A DNA stretch of 64,000 nucleotides. It comes from Octopus vulgaris (Eukaryota). The stretch is taken from NCBI GenBank assembly GCA_951406725.2, contig OX597824.1, forward strand, positions 14,074,001 to 14,138,000, given 5' to 3'. Both the position numbers and the translations under genes were made by a program. Below the pieces are notes generated by a model. The model did no database searches. It was not told where the DNA came from and was given only the letters and a program-made list of their open reading frames with translations. Below are positions 24,627-38,303 of the stretch, in pieces. How positions within the stretch are numbered: the stretch's first letter is position 1; each line of letters starts with the position of its first letter.

Positions 24627-25208
24627 GATCTTTTCGGTTTGAACGGCAGTTTATAACATAATTTCTAGGTAACTAAACACTTTTAAACTTTGTATACTGG
24701 TAGAATGTGTTCATAAAACATCTTTTTCTCTTGGCTTTATTGAGAAAATTCTATAGTTTGTAAGATATTTGGGATCTTTTCGGTTTGAACGGCAGTTTTT
24801 AACATAATTTCTAGGTAACTAAAAAATGTTAAACTTCGTATACTGGTAGAATGTGTTTATAAAACATCTTTTTCTCTTGGCTTTATTGAGAAAATTTTAT
24901 TGTTTGTAAGATATTTGTTGTTGTTTTTTCTTCAATTTCTGCAATTTCAACCAATCAATGACGTCTATTCAGTTAAAAAGCATTCTGTACCGTATGAATA
25001 TGTCCCTCGTTTAAGAAACAGATTGGGTTTATTTACATTTGTGAAGAAAAAAAGATACCCTTCCCCCACCCCTAACCCTAACAAACCCTAACTAACCCTA
25101 ACCTTAAAAGACATTGAAATGCAATAGATCGATTCTGAGGTCATGATAATGGGTGACAATTTCATATGACACCGCTAGAAAAACTGCCGTTCAAACCGAA
25201 AAGATCCG
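24627..25208. mobile_element. MITE-like element with a duplicated left end
   Basis: TIRs GGATCTTTTCGGTTTGAACGGCAG / CTGCCGTTCAAACCGAAAAGATCC; first ~145 bp repeated in tandem; partial inverted copy at ~30648-30842. Confidence 0.8.
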
Positions 25209-25457
25209 CTATATGTATTATTATTAGGAATTACATGTATTATAATTTAGAACTGTGTGGTTCGGCTTCCTGAGACTTAAAGTTTCGCGGGCTTCGAACA
25301 GAAAACCGTCTCGTTCGAGGTTAGGTTCACTTTCTCCAGATGCCATGCAACGGGACCGAACTCGGGTGATCAAGGTTGCATAACGAACTTCTTAACCATG
25401 TGACAATACTGAACATATACACGTGCATATATGTGTGTATGTGTGTGTGTGTTTGTT

Positions 25458-25525
<68 letters not shown>

Positions 25526-26914
25526 CGTGTCTGTGTGTGTATGTGTATGTATATTATGGCTGTGTGTACATACAACAATCCGAAACTTCTAAGTGGTTAC
25601 CGTCCGTATATAGGCGCAGGAGTGGCTGTGTGGTAAGTAGCTTGCTTACCAACCACATGGTTCCGGGTTCAGTCCCACTGCGCGGCACCTTGGGCAAGTG
25701 GCTTCTACTATAGCCTCGGGCTGACCAAAGCCTTGTGAGTGGATTTTGTAGACAGAAACTGAAAGAAGCCCGTCGTATATATGCATATGTATATATGTGT
25801 GTGTGCGTGTATTTGTTTGTGTGTCTGTGTTTGTCCCCCCCAATATCGCTTGACAACCGATGCTGGTGTGTTTACGTCCCCGTAACCTAGTGTTCGGCAA
25901 AAGGAACCGGTAGAATAAGTACTAGGATTCCAAAGAATAAGTCCTGGGGGTCGATTTGCTCGACTAAAGGCGGTGCTCCAGCATGGCCGCAGTCAAATGA
26001 CTGAAACAAGTAAAAGAGTAAAGAGTATATACATACTTACAAACATATACTTACACACCCACGCTCATCTACTCTTGCACGCACACAGACACACATACAT
26101 ACATATATACCTACGTACATACATACACAGACCCATAACTAGTAACACCAACACCAGTACCAACAATCCGTAACAAGGTATCGTGTTTATCCTTTTAGTA
26201 GGTTTATATAAACGGGTGAGAAGGCGGCGAGCTGGCAGAAACGTTAGCATGTCGGGCGAAATGCTTAGCGGTATTTCGTCTGCCGTTACGTTCTGAGTTC
26301 AAATTCCGCCGAGATCGACTTTGCCTTTCATCCTTTCGGGGTCAATATACTAAGTACCAATTACGCACTGGGGTCGATATAATCGACTTAATCCGTTTGT
26401 CTGTCCTTGTTTGTCCCGTCTGTGTTTAGCCCCTTGTGGGTAGTAAAGAAATAGGTATTTCGTCTGCCGTTACGTTCTGAGTTCAAATTCCGCCGGGGTC
26501 GACTTTGCCGTTCATCATTTCGGGTTCGATAAATAACGTACCAGTTACACACTGGGGTCGATATAATCGACTTAATTCGTTTGTCTGTCCTTGTTTGTCC
26601 TCTCTGTGTTTTGCCCCTTGTGGGTAGTAAAGAAATAAGTATCGGCTAGCTCACTGCCCCCAACACAGTCGGCTTTGTGCTTAAAAAGACGGGATGCTCA
26701 TGGCTAGATTCTTCTAGATCATGAATCTACTCAAGCTAGATTGATCTCGAACTAACCAACAACGAGGAATACAACGCGATCTTTACGAACCAAGGTGTCT
26801 TGTTTACCCTTTTAGTAGGTTTATATCAACGAGTGGGGCGATTGTTTAACTTGTCAAAACTGATATGATCTTTTATTGATGTTCTTTATCTGTTGTTTCT
26901 TCTATTCTATTAAG

Positions 26915-27026
26915 ACTTTCTATATTGGAATCAAAGGAAGAGATAAGAATGGAAATACGTTTACACGTACGAAATTCATACCGTATATTCCGTCAAGCAT
27001 GAAGTTGGAAGTGACTCCAATTCCAG
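26915..27026 (+). CDS. VWA7: VWA7-like exon
   Basis: ctattaag acceptor, G|gtgagt donor, phase 0-1; TFYIGIKGRDKNGNTFTRTKFIPYIPSSMKLEVTPIP (F.I...G.D..G..F.R family motif). Confidence 0.9.
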
Positions 27027-27708
27027 GTGAGTAAAACAACAGCGTGCAATAGTGTTTGCATATATATTATTATAGTGCGTGTGTTTTTATTGGCTAAACT
27101 GGCAAAATGACCATTCCTAAATACAACAACATATGTTTCAACACACGATTTCACATCAAGAATCTTGCAAAACAAATATATAAACGTAAGTGTTTGCTTC
27201 ATTTATAGCAAAAATCGTGGAAATTACTATGGGCTTTGATTTGGTAGTCATATAAACACATGCGTAAATACAAGGACGCGCACACACACACATACGTATT
27301 TCTATACATTTATATACATGAAATGTATGTGTATGTATATCTGTCTGTATTTATGTATGTATGTATATATGTATGTATTTATGTATCAGCATATATGTTA
27401 TTCCAAGTTTAGTCTTTATCCTGTTGCTATTCGGTGTGTCTACTGTCTATTGCGTTCCTCAAGTAACACACATAGACATACACTTACACACATAATATAC
27501 ACAGAGACACAGACACAGACACAGACACAGACACGCACGCGCATGCACACACACACACACACACACACACTCATATAAGATCCAGGGATCGAGGTGTAGG
27601 GAAATTCCGGACTAAATATGTTTCATAGCGAGCGGAACCTCTGAGGTTACGCCCTGTATGAAACATGCGTAGCCCGGATCATATCTACCTCATTCATTTA
27701 CTCTTGTG

Positions 27709-27790
<82 letters not shown>

Positions 27791-27795
<5 letters not shown>

Positions 27796-28058
27796 TTTTT
27801 GCGTAATGAGATAAAAACCAAGGCTGTGTAGATATTAGAGCATTTATAGATAGAAGGTCTTACAGCTGTTTCCAGGATATTAATTAATAATATCCCTTCA
27901 TCGGCGACGGTGGGAGAGGAAAACTTAAGTCATAGTTAGTTTCGATGAAGGGATATTATTAATTAATATCCTGGAAATAGCTGTAAGACCATTCAATCTA
28001 TAAATGCTCTAATATCTATACAGCCTTGGTTTTTTTATCTCATTACGCAAAAAATTCA
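27791..28058. repeat. Inverted repeat, ~113-bp arms, 39-bp spacer, hammerhead-like motif in each arm
   Basis: 27791-27903 is the near-exact reverse complement of 27943-28058. Confidence 0.9.
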
Positions 28059-28530
28059 TATATACACACGCTGACATAGAACCAACGTTGAACACTTTAT
28101 TCGCAATATTACCGAATCTGGAACTTAACTATGGTTTGTCTATAGCACTTATTCAGCATTACCTGACACCAATAGACAGTAGACACATATACAAGTGCCT
28201 GGACAGACGAAAGTGGCACTCAACACATTTGATAGAAGCGCATATATTAGTATTTAATATATTTTCTCCATTCTGTCGCCTTTGCCTGAGGAGCTGATGA
28301 GCCTACGAAAATTTGAATTGCATGGAGCCGAATCAAACTGTTATTAAATACTAATATGCATACATGCACGTTTACTGTCTTCGGTTACCTGATGTCATCA
28401 ACAGTATGCATATAAGGTCCACAGGATTTACTTCAGGTATTCCTTCGGGTCCGTCGAGGATATAATATATACGAGAAAACAGAATTCACGAGATTCTTTA
28501 TTAATCACGTTTTCTCTTTCTCTCATTTGT

Positions 28531-28642
<112 letters not shown>

Positions 28643-28731
28643 TGTATGTATGTATATGCATGTATACATGTGTATATGTGTGTGTGTATCTGTGTGTGTG
28701 TCAGTGTGTATAGATATAAACAAATTAACCT

Positions 28732-29580
28732 TTGTTGTTATTAGAAGCGTCGAAATGTGTATTGTACGATACAAAGAAGAAGATTTTTTTTTCTTCCGAA
28801 TGCAGAATTACCGTTAGAACAGCAGAAATACTGGGTAATTTACCCTTGCAAGGCGGAAAAATTTGTCAACTAACTGCTGTGGGACTCAGACCCACATCTT
28901 CCAAGACTCCGGCTGAGTGTTTTACCGTTAAACTAAACTGCCCGCAGACAATTTCATCCACCAGTTTAGATGCTAAATAGCTTATTGAACACGCGTGTAT
29001 AAATATATATTTCTTTATTGCCCACAAGGGGTTAAACACAGAGGGGACAAACAAGGACAGGCAAACGGATTAAGTCGATTACATCGACCCTAGTGCGTAA
29101 CTGGTACTTAATTTATCGACCCCGAAAGGATGAAAGGCAAAGTCGACCTCGGCGGAATTTGAACTCACGACGTAACGACAGACGAAATACGGCTACGCAT
29201 TTCGCCCAGCCTGCTAACGTTTCTGCCAGCTCGCCGCCAAACAAACATGCATACGAAAAATGTCTTCTTGTTTATATCGTACAATACACATTTCGACGCT
29301 TGTAATAAAAACAACTATTAGCTTGTTTATGTTTATACACACGTGCTGTTCATGTAGCTATTTAGCATCTAAATCGGCGTTAAATTTGTCAGCGGAGAGT
29401 TTAGCTTAATGGTAAAGTACTCAGACGAAATCTTGGGGGATGCAGGTTCGCGTTCTATGGTTGTTTGAAGACAATTTTTTTCTGCCTTGTAAGGGTTATT
29501 TACTAAGTATTTCTCCTGCTCTAGCGGCAATTTTGTATTCTAAAAAGAATATCTTTGTCTTGTTTGTATCGTACGGTATA
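28732..29580. repeat. Two diverged inverted copies of a tRNA-containing repeat flanking a family A SINE
   Basis: 28732-29006 is reverse-complementary to parts of 29262-29580; A-box-like TAGCTTAATGG and B-box-like GGTTCG at ~29402-29450. Confidence 0.65.
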
Positions 29581-29819
29581 TTTATATATATACACACAAT
29601 GAGAGAGATGCATACATAAGTTCTTTCTCCATTCTGTCGCCTTTGCCTGAGGAGCTGACGATAGAGCATCTCTGTATTTCGTTTGTTATTCAAATTATTG
29701 AATAGTTAAACTAAACTAATCCCAGTCGGAAGTTCACCTTCTAATTTAATTGTGCACATACTGCGAGCACGTCCTAAAAATATTCTTACGTGTAATTCCT
29801 ATAAATGTCTTTTTTTCAG

Positions 29820-30021
29820 TTATTTCACATCCAAGAATGAACTTACAAGTGAAATTTATGGTTAGCAACGAGGGTAGCAGAACAGAACGAATACTGGTGT
29901 TTATGAGCGAGGCCCTTGAGTATACAGTAACCAACAGTAAACAGAGGTTCACTTTGGGCTCCGGACAAAATATTACTGGACATTTCAATGTGAGGATGAG
30001 GGACGCTATTGGAAAAAATGT
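29820..30021 (+). CDS. VWA7: VWA7-like exon (Ig-like beta domain)
   Basis: tttttcag acceptor, GT|gtaagt donor, phase 1-2; VISHPRMNLQVKFMVSNEGSRTERILVFMSEALEYTVTNSKQRFTLGSGQNITGHFNVRMRDAIGKN. Confidence 0.87.
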
Positions 30022-30341
30022 GTAAGTTGTTCAAATCTCGATTTTTCTTTTTTAATATCTCACCAGATGTTTATTGTTGTTATTGCTGCTGCAGTTGTTA
30101 TTGTTGTTGTTGCTGTTGTTGTTAAAACGGTGAGCTGGCAGAATCGTTAGAACGCCGGATGAACTGTTCAGTGGAATTTTGTCTGTCGCTACGTTCTGAG
30201 TTCGAATTCCGCCAAGGAATTTCATCTTTCGGGGTCGATAAATTAAGTATCAGTTACGCACTGGGATCGATGTAATAGACTGCCCCACTCCCCAAAAATT
30301 TCGAGCCTTGTGCCTAGATTAGAAAAGAATATTCTTGTTGC

Positions 30342-30414
<73 letters not shown>

Positions 30415-30428
30415 TTATGTATTTCTAG

Positions 30429-30528
30429 AGTTATAACGATCACATCTGAAATAGAAGGTGGCGATACACGTACATCTACTCAGTATGACACGGTTGAAAC
30501 CACAATCCTTGAAAAGAGAGAAATCATA
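30429..30528 (+). CDS. VWA7: VWA7-like exon
   Basis: tttctag acceptor, ATA|gtaagt donor, phase 2-0; VITITSEIEGGDTRTSTQYDTVETTILEKREII. Confidence 0.83.
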
Positions 30529-30882
30529 GTAAGTCCTTGTTTTTTTTATATATATATACATTCTCAGATATACAACCTTTTACATAGATACGTGTATCTT
30601 GTTGAATCTGTTGGCAAACAACAGCAGAAATTGTATTCACCTCAATAGACGTCATTGATTGGTTGAAATTGCCGAAATGCAAGAAATTTAACAACAAATA
30701 ACTTACAAACTACAGAATTTTCCCAAGAAACCCAAGAGAAAAAGATTTTTTATGTAACACATTCTACCAGTATACGAAGTTTAAAAGTGTTTGGTTACAA
30801 AGAAATTATTTTTTTAATCTGCCGGTCAAAGTGAAAAGATCCGATATTTCTTATTGTTTCATGCGTATCCGTTTCGTTTCAG

Positions 30883-31124
30883 AAACCTCCAGTGAAACAG
30901 AATCCTCCAAGGTGTGACTTCGAAATCCCAGTCAGTTCAACCGAAGAGTGCATTAAGAGTTTTGAAGACTTCAGCTGCTGCAGACATCGATGGTCTGCTG
31001 TAATCAATGCAGAAGCCAGCAGCGACTTTTCACCTATTGTAAATATGGTTTCTTCCATGTCATCAAATTTATCGTCGCATCAAATTATATCCTCCGGTGT
31101 AGTAGCATACAGAGCAAATATCAG
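30883..31124 (+). CDS. VWA7: VWA7-like exon (Cys-rich C-terminal module, first half)
   Basis: gtttcag acceptor, AG|gtaagt donor, phase 0-2, 242 nt; KPPVKQNPPRCDFEIPVSSTEECIKSFEDFSCCRHRWSAVI...YRANI. Confidence 0.88.
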
Positions 31125-31559
31125 GTAAGTACACACATGCATGTGTGTGTGTGCGTGCGTTCGTGCGTGCGTGCGTGCGTGCGTGCGTGTGTCTGTCTTT
31201 GTGAAGGCGCGTGGCTTATTGGTTAGCGTATTCGGCTCACGATCAAAGGGTCGTGAGTTCAATTGCCGGCGGCGCATTGTGTCCTTGAACGAGGCACTTT
31301 ATTTCACGTTGCTCCAGTCCACCCAGCTGGCAAAAATGAGTAGTACCTGTATTTCAAAGGGCCAGCCTTGTCACACTCTTTGTCACGCTGGATCTCCCTG
31401 TGAACTACGTTAAGGGTACACGTGTTTGTGGAGTGCTCAGCCACTTACACGTTAATTTCACGAGCAGGCAGCAGTTGATCGAATCAACCGGAACACTCGT
31501 CGTAACCGACGGAGTGCCAGGTCTGTGTGTGTGTATGTATGTATGTACATAGGCAGGTG

Positions 31560-31631
<72 letters not shown>

Positions 31632-31904
31632 GTCTGTCTGTCAGTCTATCTATCTGTCTGTCTGTCTGCCTATCTATCTATCTATCTGTCTGTCTATCTT
31701 TCTATCTATCTATATATCTGTCTGTCTGTCAGTCTATCTATCTGTCTGTCTGTCTGCCTATCTATCTATCTATCTGTCTGTCTATCTTTCCCTATCTATC
31801 TATCTATCTATCTATCTGTCTGTCTGTCAGTCTATCTATCTGTCTGTCTGTCTGCCTATCTATCTATCTATCTGTCTGTCTATCTATCTATCGGGAAGGA
31901 AGAG

Positions 31905-31938
<34 letters not shown>

Positions 31939-32265
31939 GGACTGTCTGTCTGTCTGTCTGTCAGTCTATCTATCTATCTATCTCTTGTTTCCTTTTCGAG
32001 CCATACTAGACTCATGAGGGCCGGTTTCCCGGTTTCAGTGGTGTATATATTCCCAACCTGGACGGGACGCCAGTCCATCGCAGCGTTACTCATTTTTGCC
32101 AGCTGAGTGGACTGGAGCAACGTAAAATGAAGTGCTTTGCTCAAATAGGCAGCTGATGATGTGAATATATGCTGGCAATGTTGATTGACCGAGGCGTGGT
32201 CTACCTTGTAATTTGTTCTATCTGTGTGCAGCCCTGTGTGGCTAATAAAGAAACATATCTATCTG

Positions 32266-32336
<71 letters not shown>

Positions 32337-32405
32337 GTCTGTCTGTCAGTCTATCTATCTGTCTGTCTGTCTGCCTATCTACCTATCTATCTGTCTGTCT
32401 ATCTT

Positions 32406-32440
<35 letters not shown>

Positions 32441-32497
32441 GTCTGTCAGTCTATCTATCTGTCTGTCTGTCTGCCTATCTACCTATCTATCTGCCTG

Positions 32498-32564
<67 letters not shown>

Positions 32565-32573
32565 GTCTGTCGG

Positions 32574-32659
<86 letters not shown>

Positions 32660-32830
32660 TGTTTCCTTTTTGATCCATACCAGACTCATGAGAGCCGGTT
32701 TCCCGGTTTCAGTGGTGTATATATTCCCAACCTTACTCATTTTTGCCAGCTGAGTGGACTGGAGCAACGTAAAATGAAGTGCTTTGCTCAAATAGGCAGC
32801 TGATGATGTGAATATATGCTGGCAATGTTG
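31560..32830. repeat. Direct duplication of [compound (TCTA)n + SINE fragment] around a 71-bp Tx1 3' remnant at 32184-32254
   Basis: 31985-32183 repeats at 32659-32830; the remnant ends TGTGCAGCCCTGTGTGGCTAATAAAGAAAC, like the 19070 element. Confidence 0.8.
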
Positions 32831-33184
32831 TTTGTACATCTTTTCTATCTTGTGATGTCGTTGTTCTAAGATCCCCTTCATTCTCAAAAGGTTGAACTCG
32901 TTAAAGGGTTTCTGGTTTCTTAGTTTATGGTGGTCTTGTTGAGTAAAAAGTAAGCAACGTTTTGAACCATGAAAAACTTGTACTGGATTTTTGCAGAGGT
33001 TTGGATTTTTCTAGGCGCAGGAGTCGCTGTGTGGTAAGTAGCTTGCTTACCAACCACATGGTTCCGGGTCATTTCCCACTGCGTGGCACCTTGGGCAAGT
33101 GTCTTCTACTATAGCCGCGGGCCGACCAAAGCCTTGTGAGTGGATTTGGTAGACGGAAACTGAAAGAAGCCCGTCGTATATATG

Positions 33185-33243
<59 letters not shown>

Positions 33244-35329
33244 TCGTGTGTCTGTGTTTGTCTCCCCCCACATTGCTTGACATCCGATGCTGGTGTGTTT
33301 ACGTATTCTTTGGAAGCCTAGTACTTATTCTATCGGTCTCTTATGCCGAGCCGCTAAGTTACGGGGACGTAAACACGCCCGCATCGGTTGTCAAGTGATG
33401 TTGAGGGGGACAAACACAGACACAAAAACATATACACACATACATGCATATATATACGTATATACGACGGCCTTCTTTCAGTTTCCGTCTACCAAATCCA
33501 CTCACAAGGCTTTGGTCGGCCCGAGGCTATAGTAGAAGACACTTGCCCAAGATGCCACACAGTGGAAGTGAACCCGGAACCATGTGGTTGGTAAGCAAGC
33601 CACTTACCACACACCCACTCCTACGCCTACTTGATGAATAAAATTTCCGCATTGTTGAAATATATTGTGATGAAGTTCATGTTTCAAAACGTTGCTTGCT
33701 TTTTACTCAGCCTGACATATTGATATACATAATTGTCTTTCATTGAGGTTCTAATTCAGGCTAAGAGTAACATTTAATTATTTCTAGTTTTGGGAAGTAT
33801 AGGGAAGTTTTGTTGTATGTATACATACAGCCGTTGTCGTAAAAATCCCCTGCTGTTGACTAAAATATTTATCATAACATTTGTCATGAGTAGGAGGAGT
33901 GGCTATGTGGTAAGTAGCTTGCTAACCAACCACATGGTTCCGGGTTCAGTCCCACTGCGTGGCATCTTGAGCAAGTGTCTTCTGCTATAGCCCCGGGCTG
34001 ACCAATGCCTTGTGAGTGGATTTGGTAGACGGAAACTGAAAGAAGCCTGTCGCATATATGTATATATTTGTATATGTGTGTTTTTGTGTGTCTGTGTTTG
34101 TCCCCCTAGCATTGCTTGACAACTGATGCTGGTGTGTTTACGTCCCCGTAACTTAGCGGTTCGGCAAAAGAGACCGATAGAATAAGTACTGGGCTTACAA
34201 AGAATAAGTCCCGGGGTCGATTTGCTCGACTAAAGGCGGTGCTCCAGCATGGCCGCAGTCGAATGACTGAAACAAGTAAAAGAGTAAAAGAGTAAAAGAG
34301 AGTATGTTTCAATTAACATGTTTAATTATATTGCTGGCTTGAACTGTTGCTGTGAATGCGAGAGGTGGAAACAGAAACGGATTCCCACTGATAAACGTCT
34401 CTATACACACCGTAAATCTCCCTAAAGACACATGATTTATCTTAGATGCACTACATGATCTAGAGACAATATAACCACATAACATAAATATTTGTAGATA
34501 CACTACACGACTTGCTCTAATTCGACTACATGGTATGCCCTAGATATTCAGCATCGTTTGCTTTAGGTACGCTATATAACTTGCACTGTATGAGCGATGA
34601 AATTGGTGCTAGGGATCCTACTGATGGTCTCTAGAATCGCGATTTGTATTCCTCTGTAGAAAATACATGATCGTCATGAAAAACACTTCACTTTACAAGG
34701 CGACATCCCACGACTTTTCTTATAGATACTACATCTGTCTTTAATTATCTCTTTTATTATTAAATATATTATGAGACTCAAACGACATGGGTGGGGAAAT
34801 CAGATGAAAATAGCAAATTTATTTTACAAATGCTTGTGCGTGTGTGCGAGAGAGAGAGAGAGAGCAAGACAGAGAGAGCAAGAGAAAGAGAAAGCAAGAG
34901 AGAGAGAGAGGAGCAAGAGAAAGTTTGAGTTTATGAAGCCCATAGAATATATATACGTGGTGGGGTTCGTGTGTATATATCTGTGTGTGTGTGTGTGTGT
35001 GTGTAAAGTGTACGGAACAATCTAGAGATAGAGAGATATCTACCTAGCAACCGACTGACCGACCTACCTATCTACTTACGTACATTCCTACATACATACA
35101 TACATACATACATACATACATACATACATACATACCACACACATACATACATACATACATACATACATACATACATACCACACATACATACATACATACA
35201 TACATACATACATACATACATACATACATACATACATACATACATACATACATACATACATACATACATACATACATACATACATACATACATACATACA
35301 TACACACATTCGAAGCGAAAGTCGCATAT

Positions 35330-36010
35330 TCTTTGAAAGCTCCGTGATGATAGTAACATCGATTATCAAAACAGTTTATCATGGGCCAAAAGCTGGATTA
35401 CTACCTTCCACTTTGAAGGATATGCGTTTGCAATCCAGGAACAGGAAATATCAACCATGGACAAAAAGAATAGAAATACATGAAAAGCAGTCAAATGTGA
35501 CAACCTATGCAGACTTTGTGGAGTTCACACTGAAGATATCACCCACATCATAAACAGTTGTCCGAAAATGTCATCACCGTATTATCTACAAGACGTTGTA
35601 ATCAGAAGGATAATCCCGAGGACAGAGAAATCAGAACCCACCATATGATAGAATCCATAGCCCCTCATAATAAAAGGGAATGCTGGTGGAATGTACCAGT
35701 GAAAACCTCAATAAAATGTAAGCATAACTGACCTGATATAAGGATTTGGGATTGTGCACAGTTGTGGAAATTAGCTGCCCTGCGGATGTTAACATAAAGC
35801 TGAAGATCAGTGAAAAAGAGAATACCTATGCTGAACTATTGAGAAATCTGCAGTTACTCTATCCAGATTAGAAATTTGGGTTTATAACTGTAATTATTGG
35901 AGTCCTGGGATATGGGGTTATGTAACACACTGCCTAAGTATCAATCTTGGGAAATTAGGTTTCTCAAAATCAAGAAGGAGAAAGCTAATTCGAAGACTAC
36001 AAAACCAATC
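35330..36010 (+). mobile_element. RLE-type (restriction-like endonuclease) non-LTR retrotransposon 3' fragment
   Basis: CRLCGVHTEDITHIINSCPKM CCHC finger; WWNVPVKT..CKHN.PDI; VVEISCPADVN..EKENTY; contains stops and frameshifts. Confidence 0.8.
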
Positions 36011-36489
36011 CACCATATCTGCGTGTTTATATACATAGATATTAACAAGTGAAACCAATGGTATATAGATAATCGTTATTTATTTCGTATATAAGGCGGC
36101 GAGCTGGCAGAAACGTTAGCACGTCGGGCGAAATGCGTAGCCGTATTTCGTCTGCCGCTACGTTCTGAGTTCAAATTCCGCCGAGGTCGACTTTGCCTTT
36201 CATCCTTTCGGGGTCGATAAATTAAGTACCAGTTACGCACTGGGGTCGATATAATCGACTTAATCCGTTTGTCTGTCCTTGTTTGTCCCCTCCGTGTTTA
36301 GCCCCTTGTGGGAAATAAAGAAATAGTTATTTATTTCGTATATTTTCATTTGTCTTGCTCATTTTTGTATTTTAGCGTTTTGCTGAGATTTTTTCTTGAG
36401 AACACCTTCTTCGTGGTAATGACGATTTGACGTCTATATTTAGCAAATAGGGTGTCCACTTTAGTGGTCATTCCTCTTAATTTTGTGCG

Positions 36490-36520
<31 letters not shown>

Positions 36521-36620
36521 GCGATCAAACAGACTCCAGAGATACCGATGTTGGTCTGCGTTGGCAATTTACTAGAATCAACAAAATCAGCAGAGTGAAC
36601 ATGCCGTTGAAAGGGGAAAA

Positions 36621-36653
36621 TCCAACGTTTCGGAGAGAGTCCTTCTTCAAGGA
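36621..36653 (-). ncRNA. Minimal hammerhead-like motif (TTGAAGA variant)
   Basis: Minus strand: tcc-TTGAAGA-a-gga[ctctc]tcc-GAAAC-GTT-gga. Confidence 0.55.
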
Positions 36654-36678
36654 ATAGTTGACAAGAGAGAAATACTAT

Positions 36679-36751
<73 letters not shown>

Positions 36752-36988
36752 CGATGGATCGATGGATCGATGAATGGATCGATGGATGGATGGATGGATG
36801 GATGGATGGATGGATAGATAGATAGATAGATAATGTATGTATGCATGTATTGTATGTACGTATGTATGCATGTATTGTATTGTATTGTAATGTATGTGTG
36901 TATGAGTGTATTTAATCGATAATTTTCGGAAATCTTCCTAGATATATCTTTCTTCAGATGTCTCACTTCATTTTCTGTCTATTTTCAG

Positions 36989-37103
36989 CAATGACTGTTG
37001 TACCGACAGAGATACAGTTTACGTAAGAGACACCAAAAACCAAATCGGAAAATGTTTCTTGCGAGTCGTACCGCCGTTTTTGAGTTTCAACACAACCTGC
37101 AAG
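36989..37103 (+). CDS. VWA7: VWA7-like exon (Cys-rich module, second half)
   Basis: ttttcag acceptor, AAG|gtacgt donor, phase 2-0; SNDCCTDRDTVYVRDTKNQIGKCFLRVVPPFLSFNTTCK. Confidence 0.88.
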
Positions 37104-37156
37104 GTACGTGCGTTACACGAACTTTTATCGTTTCTCTTTTGTTGTTGTTGCTGTTG

Positions 37157-38256
37157 TTGAGTGTAATAGTAGCGCACGCCATCAAAGTGACGCTGGAGCA
37201 CAAATATACGAAGCCCAGTATACCCCTCATGACTACGCGTCTGATAAGGGTACAAGAGGCACATGCATCACAACCATATGTACGCGACATATATCAAGAT
37301 AAACAGCGCATGATTTTGCAGGTGGGGACCAGTTAGAATTTTCTTCAGGTTGAGTATCCCATCCCGCTCAAAATGTCCTTGAATGAGGGTTGTTTAAGGA
37401 TGTTGAATGAAAAACCCATGTTTCCAGAGATGAATTATTCAAAACCCAAAGAATTTCTCTCAACACATGCCTATGATGCTCCCCCACTACTCCTGCCCAT
37501 GATCAGAGATGCACATGTCGTCATCCACTAAGGGTCTGCTCAACGGGTTAAGATCAAGCAACTGACAAGCAAATCTGTGGTATTGAGCAGAATATTTACT
37601 GCAGCCCATTTTTTAAACCAAGACAAAACAATGTACATGATAACATTTCCAATCTGTTAAGATCAAAAGCCATGAGAACCAGTGCGTGGTATTGCCTCAG
37701 GACATTTATTATTATTGAGTGAGAGAGCAGTGCATGCCATCAAAGTGACACTGGGGTACAAATATACGAAGCCAAGTATACCCATCATGACTACCTGTCT
37801 GATAAGGGTACACCAAGCACATGCATCACAACCATATGTGCGTGACATAGTGATCTCATATCAAGATTAACAGCGCATGACCTTGCGAATGGAGCCCAGT
37901 TAGAATTTTCTTCAGGTTGGGTAGCCCATTCCGCCCAAAAGATCCCTGAATAAGGGTTGTTTAAGATGTTGAATGAAACATCTGTTTCCAAAGGTGAATT
38001 ATCGAAACCCCCAAGAAAATCCTCTCAACACACGGCTATGATGCTCCCCCACTACTTCTGCTTATGACCAGAGATGCACCTATCGTCAGCCTCTAAGGGA
38101 CATGGTTAGCAGGTTAAGGTCAAACTACTGATAAGCAAATCTGTGGTATTGAGCAGAATATTTGCTGTAGTCCATCTTTTATACCAAGACAAAACAATGT
38201 ACATGATAGTACAAAGGCCGTAAGAGCCAGTGCCTGGCACTGCATCATGGCATTTA
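37157..38256. repeat. Two diverged tandem copies of a ~550-bp interspersed repeat
   Basis: 37157-37707 and 37716-38256 share GCCATCAAAGTGAC..., ATGCTCCCCCACTAC and GCAAATCTGTGGTATTGAGCAGAATA. Confidence 0.8.
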
Positions 38257-38259
38257 TTT

Positions 38260-38303
<44 letters not shown>

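Noticed and set aside
25070-25104. CCCTAA telomere-like repeats
   Set aside because: Only a few units, internal to a MITE
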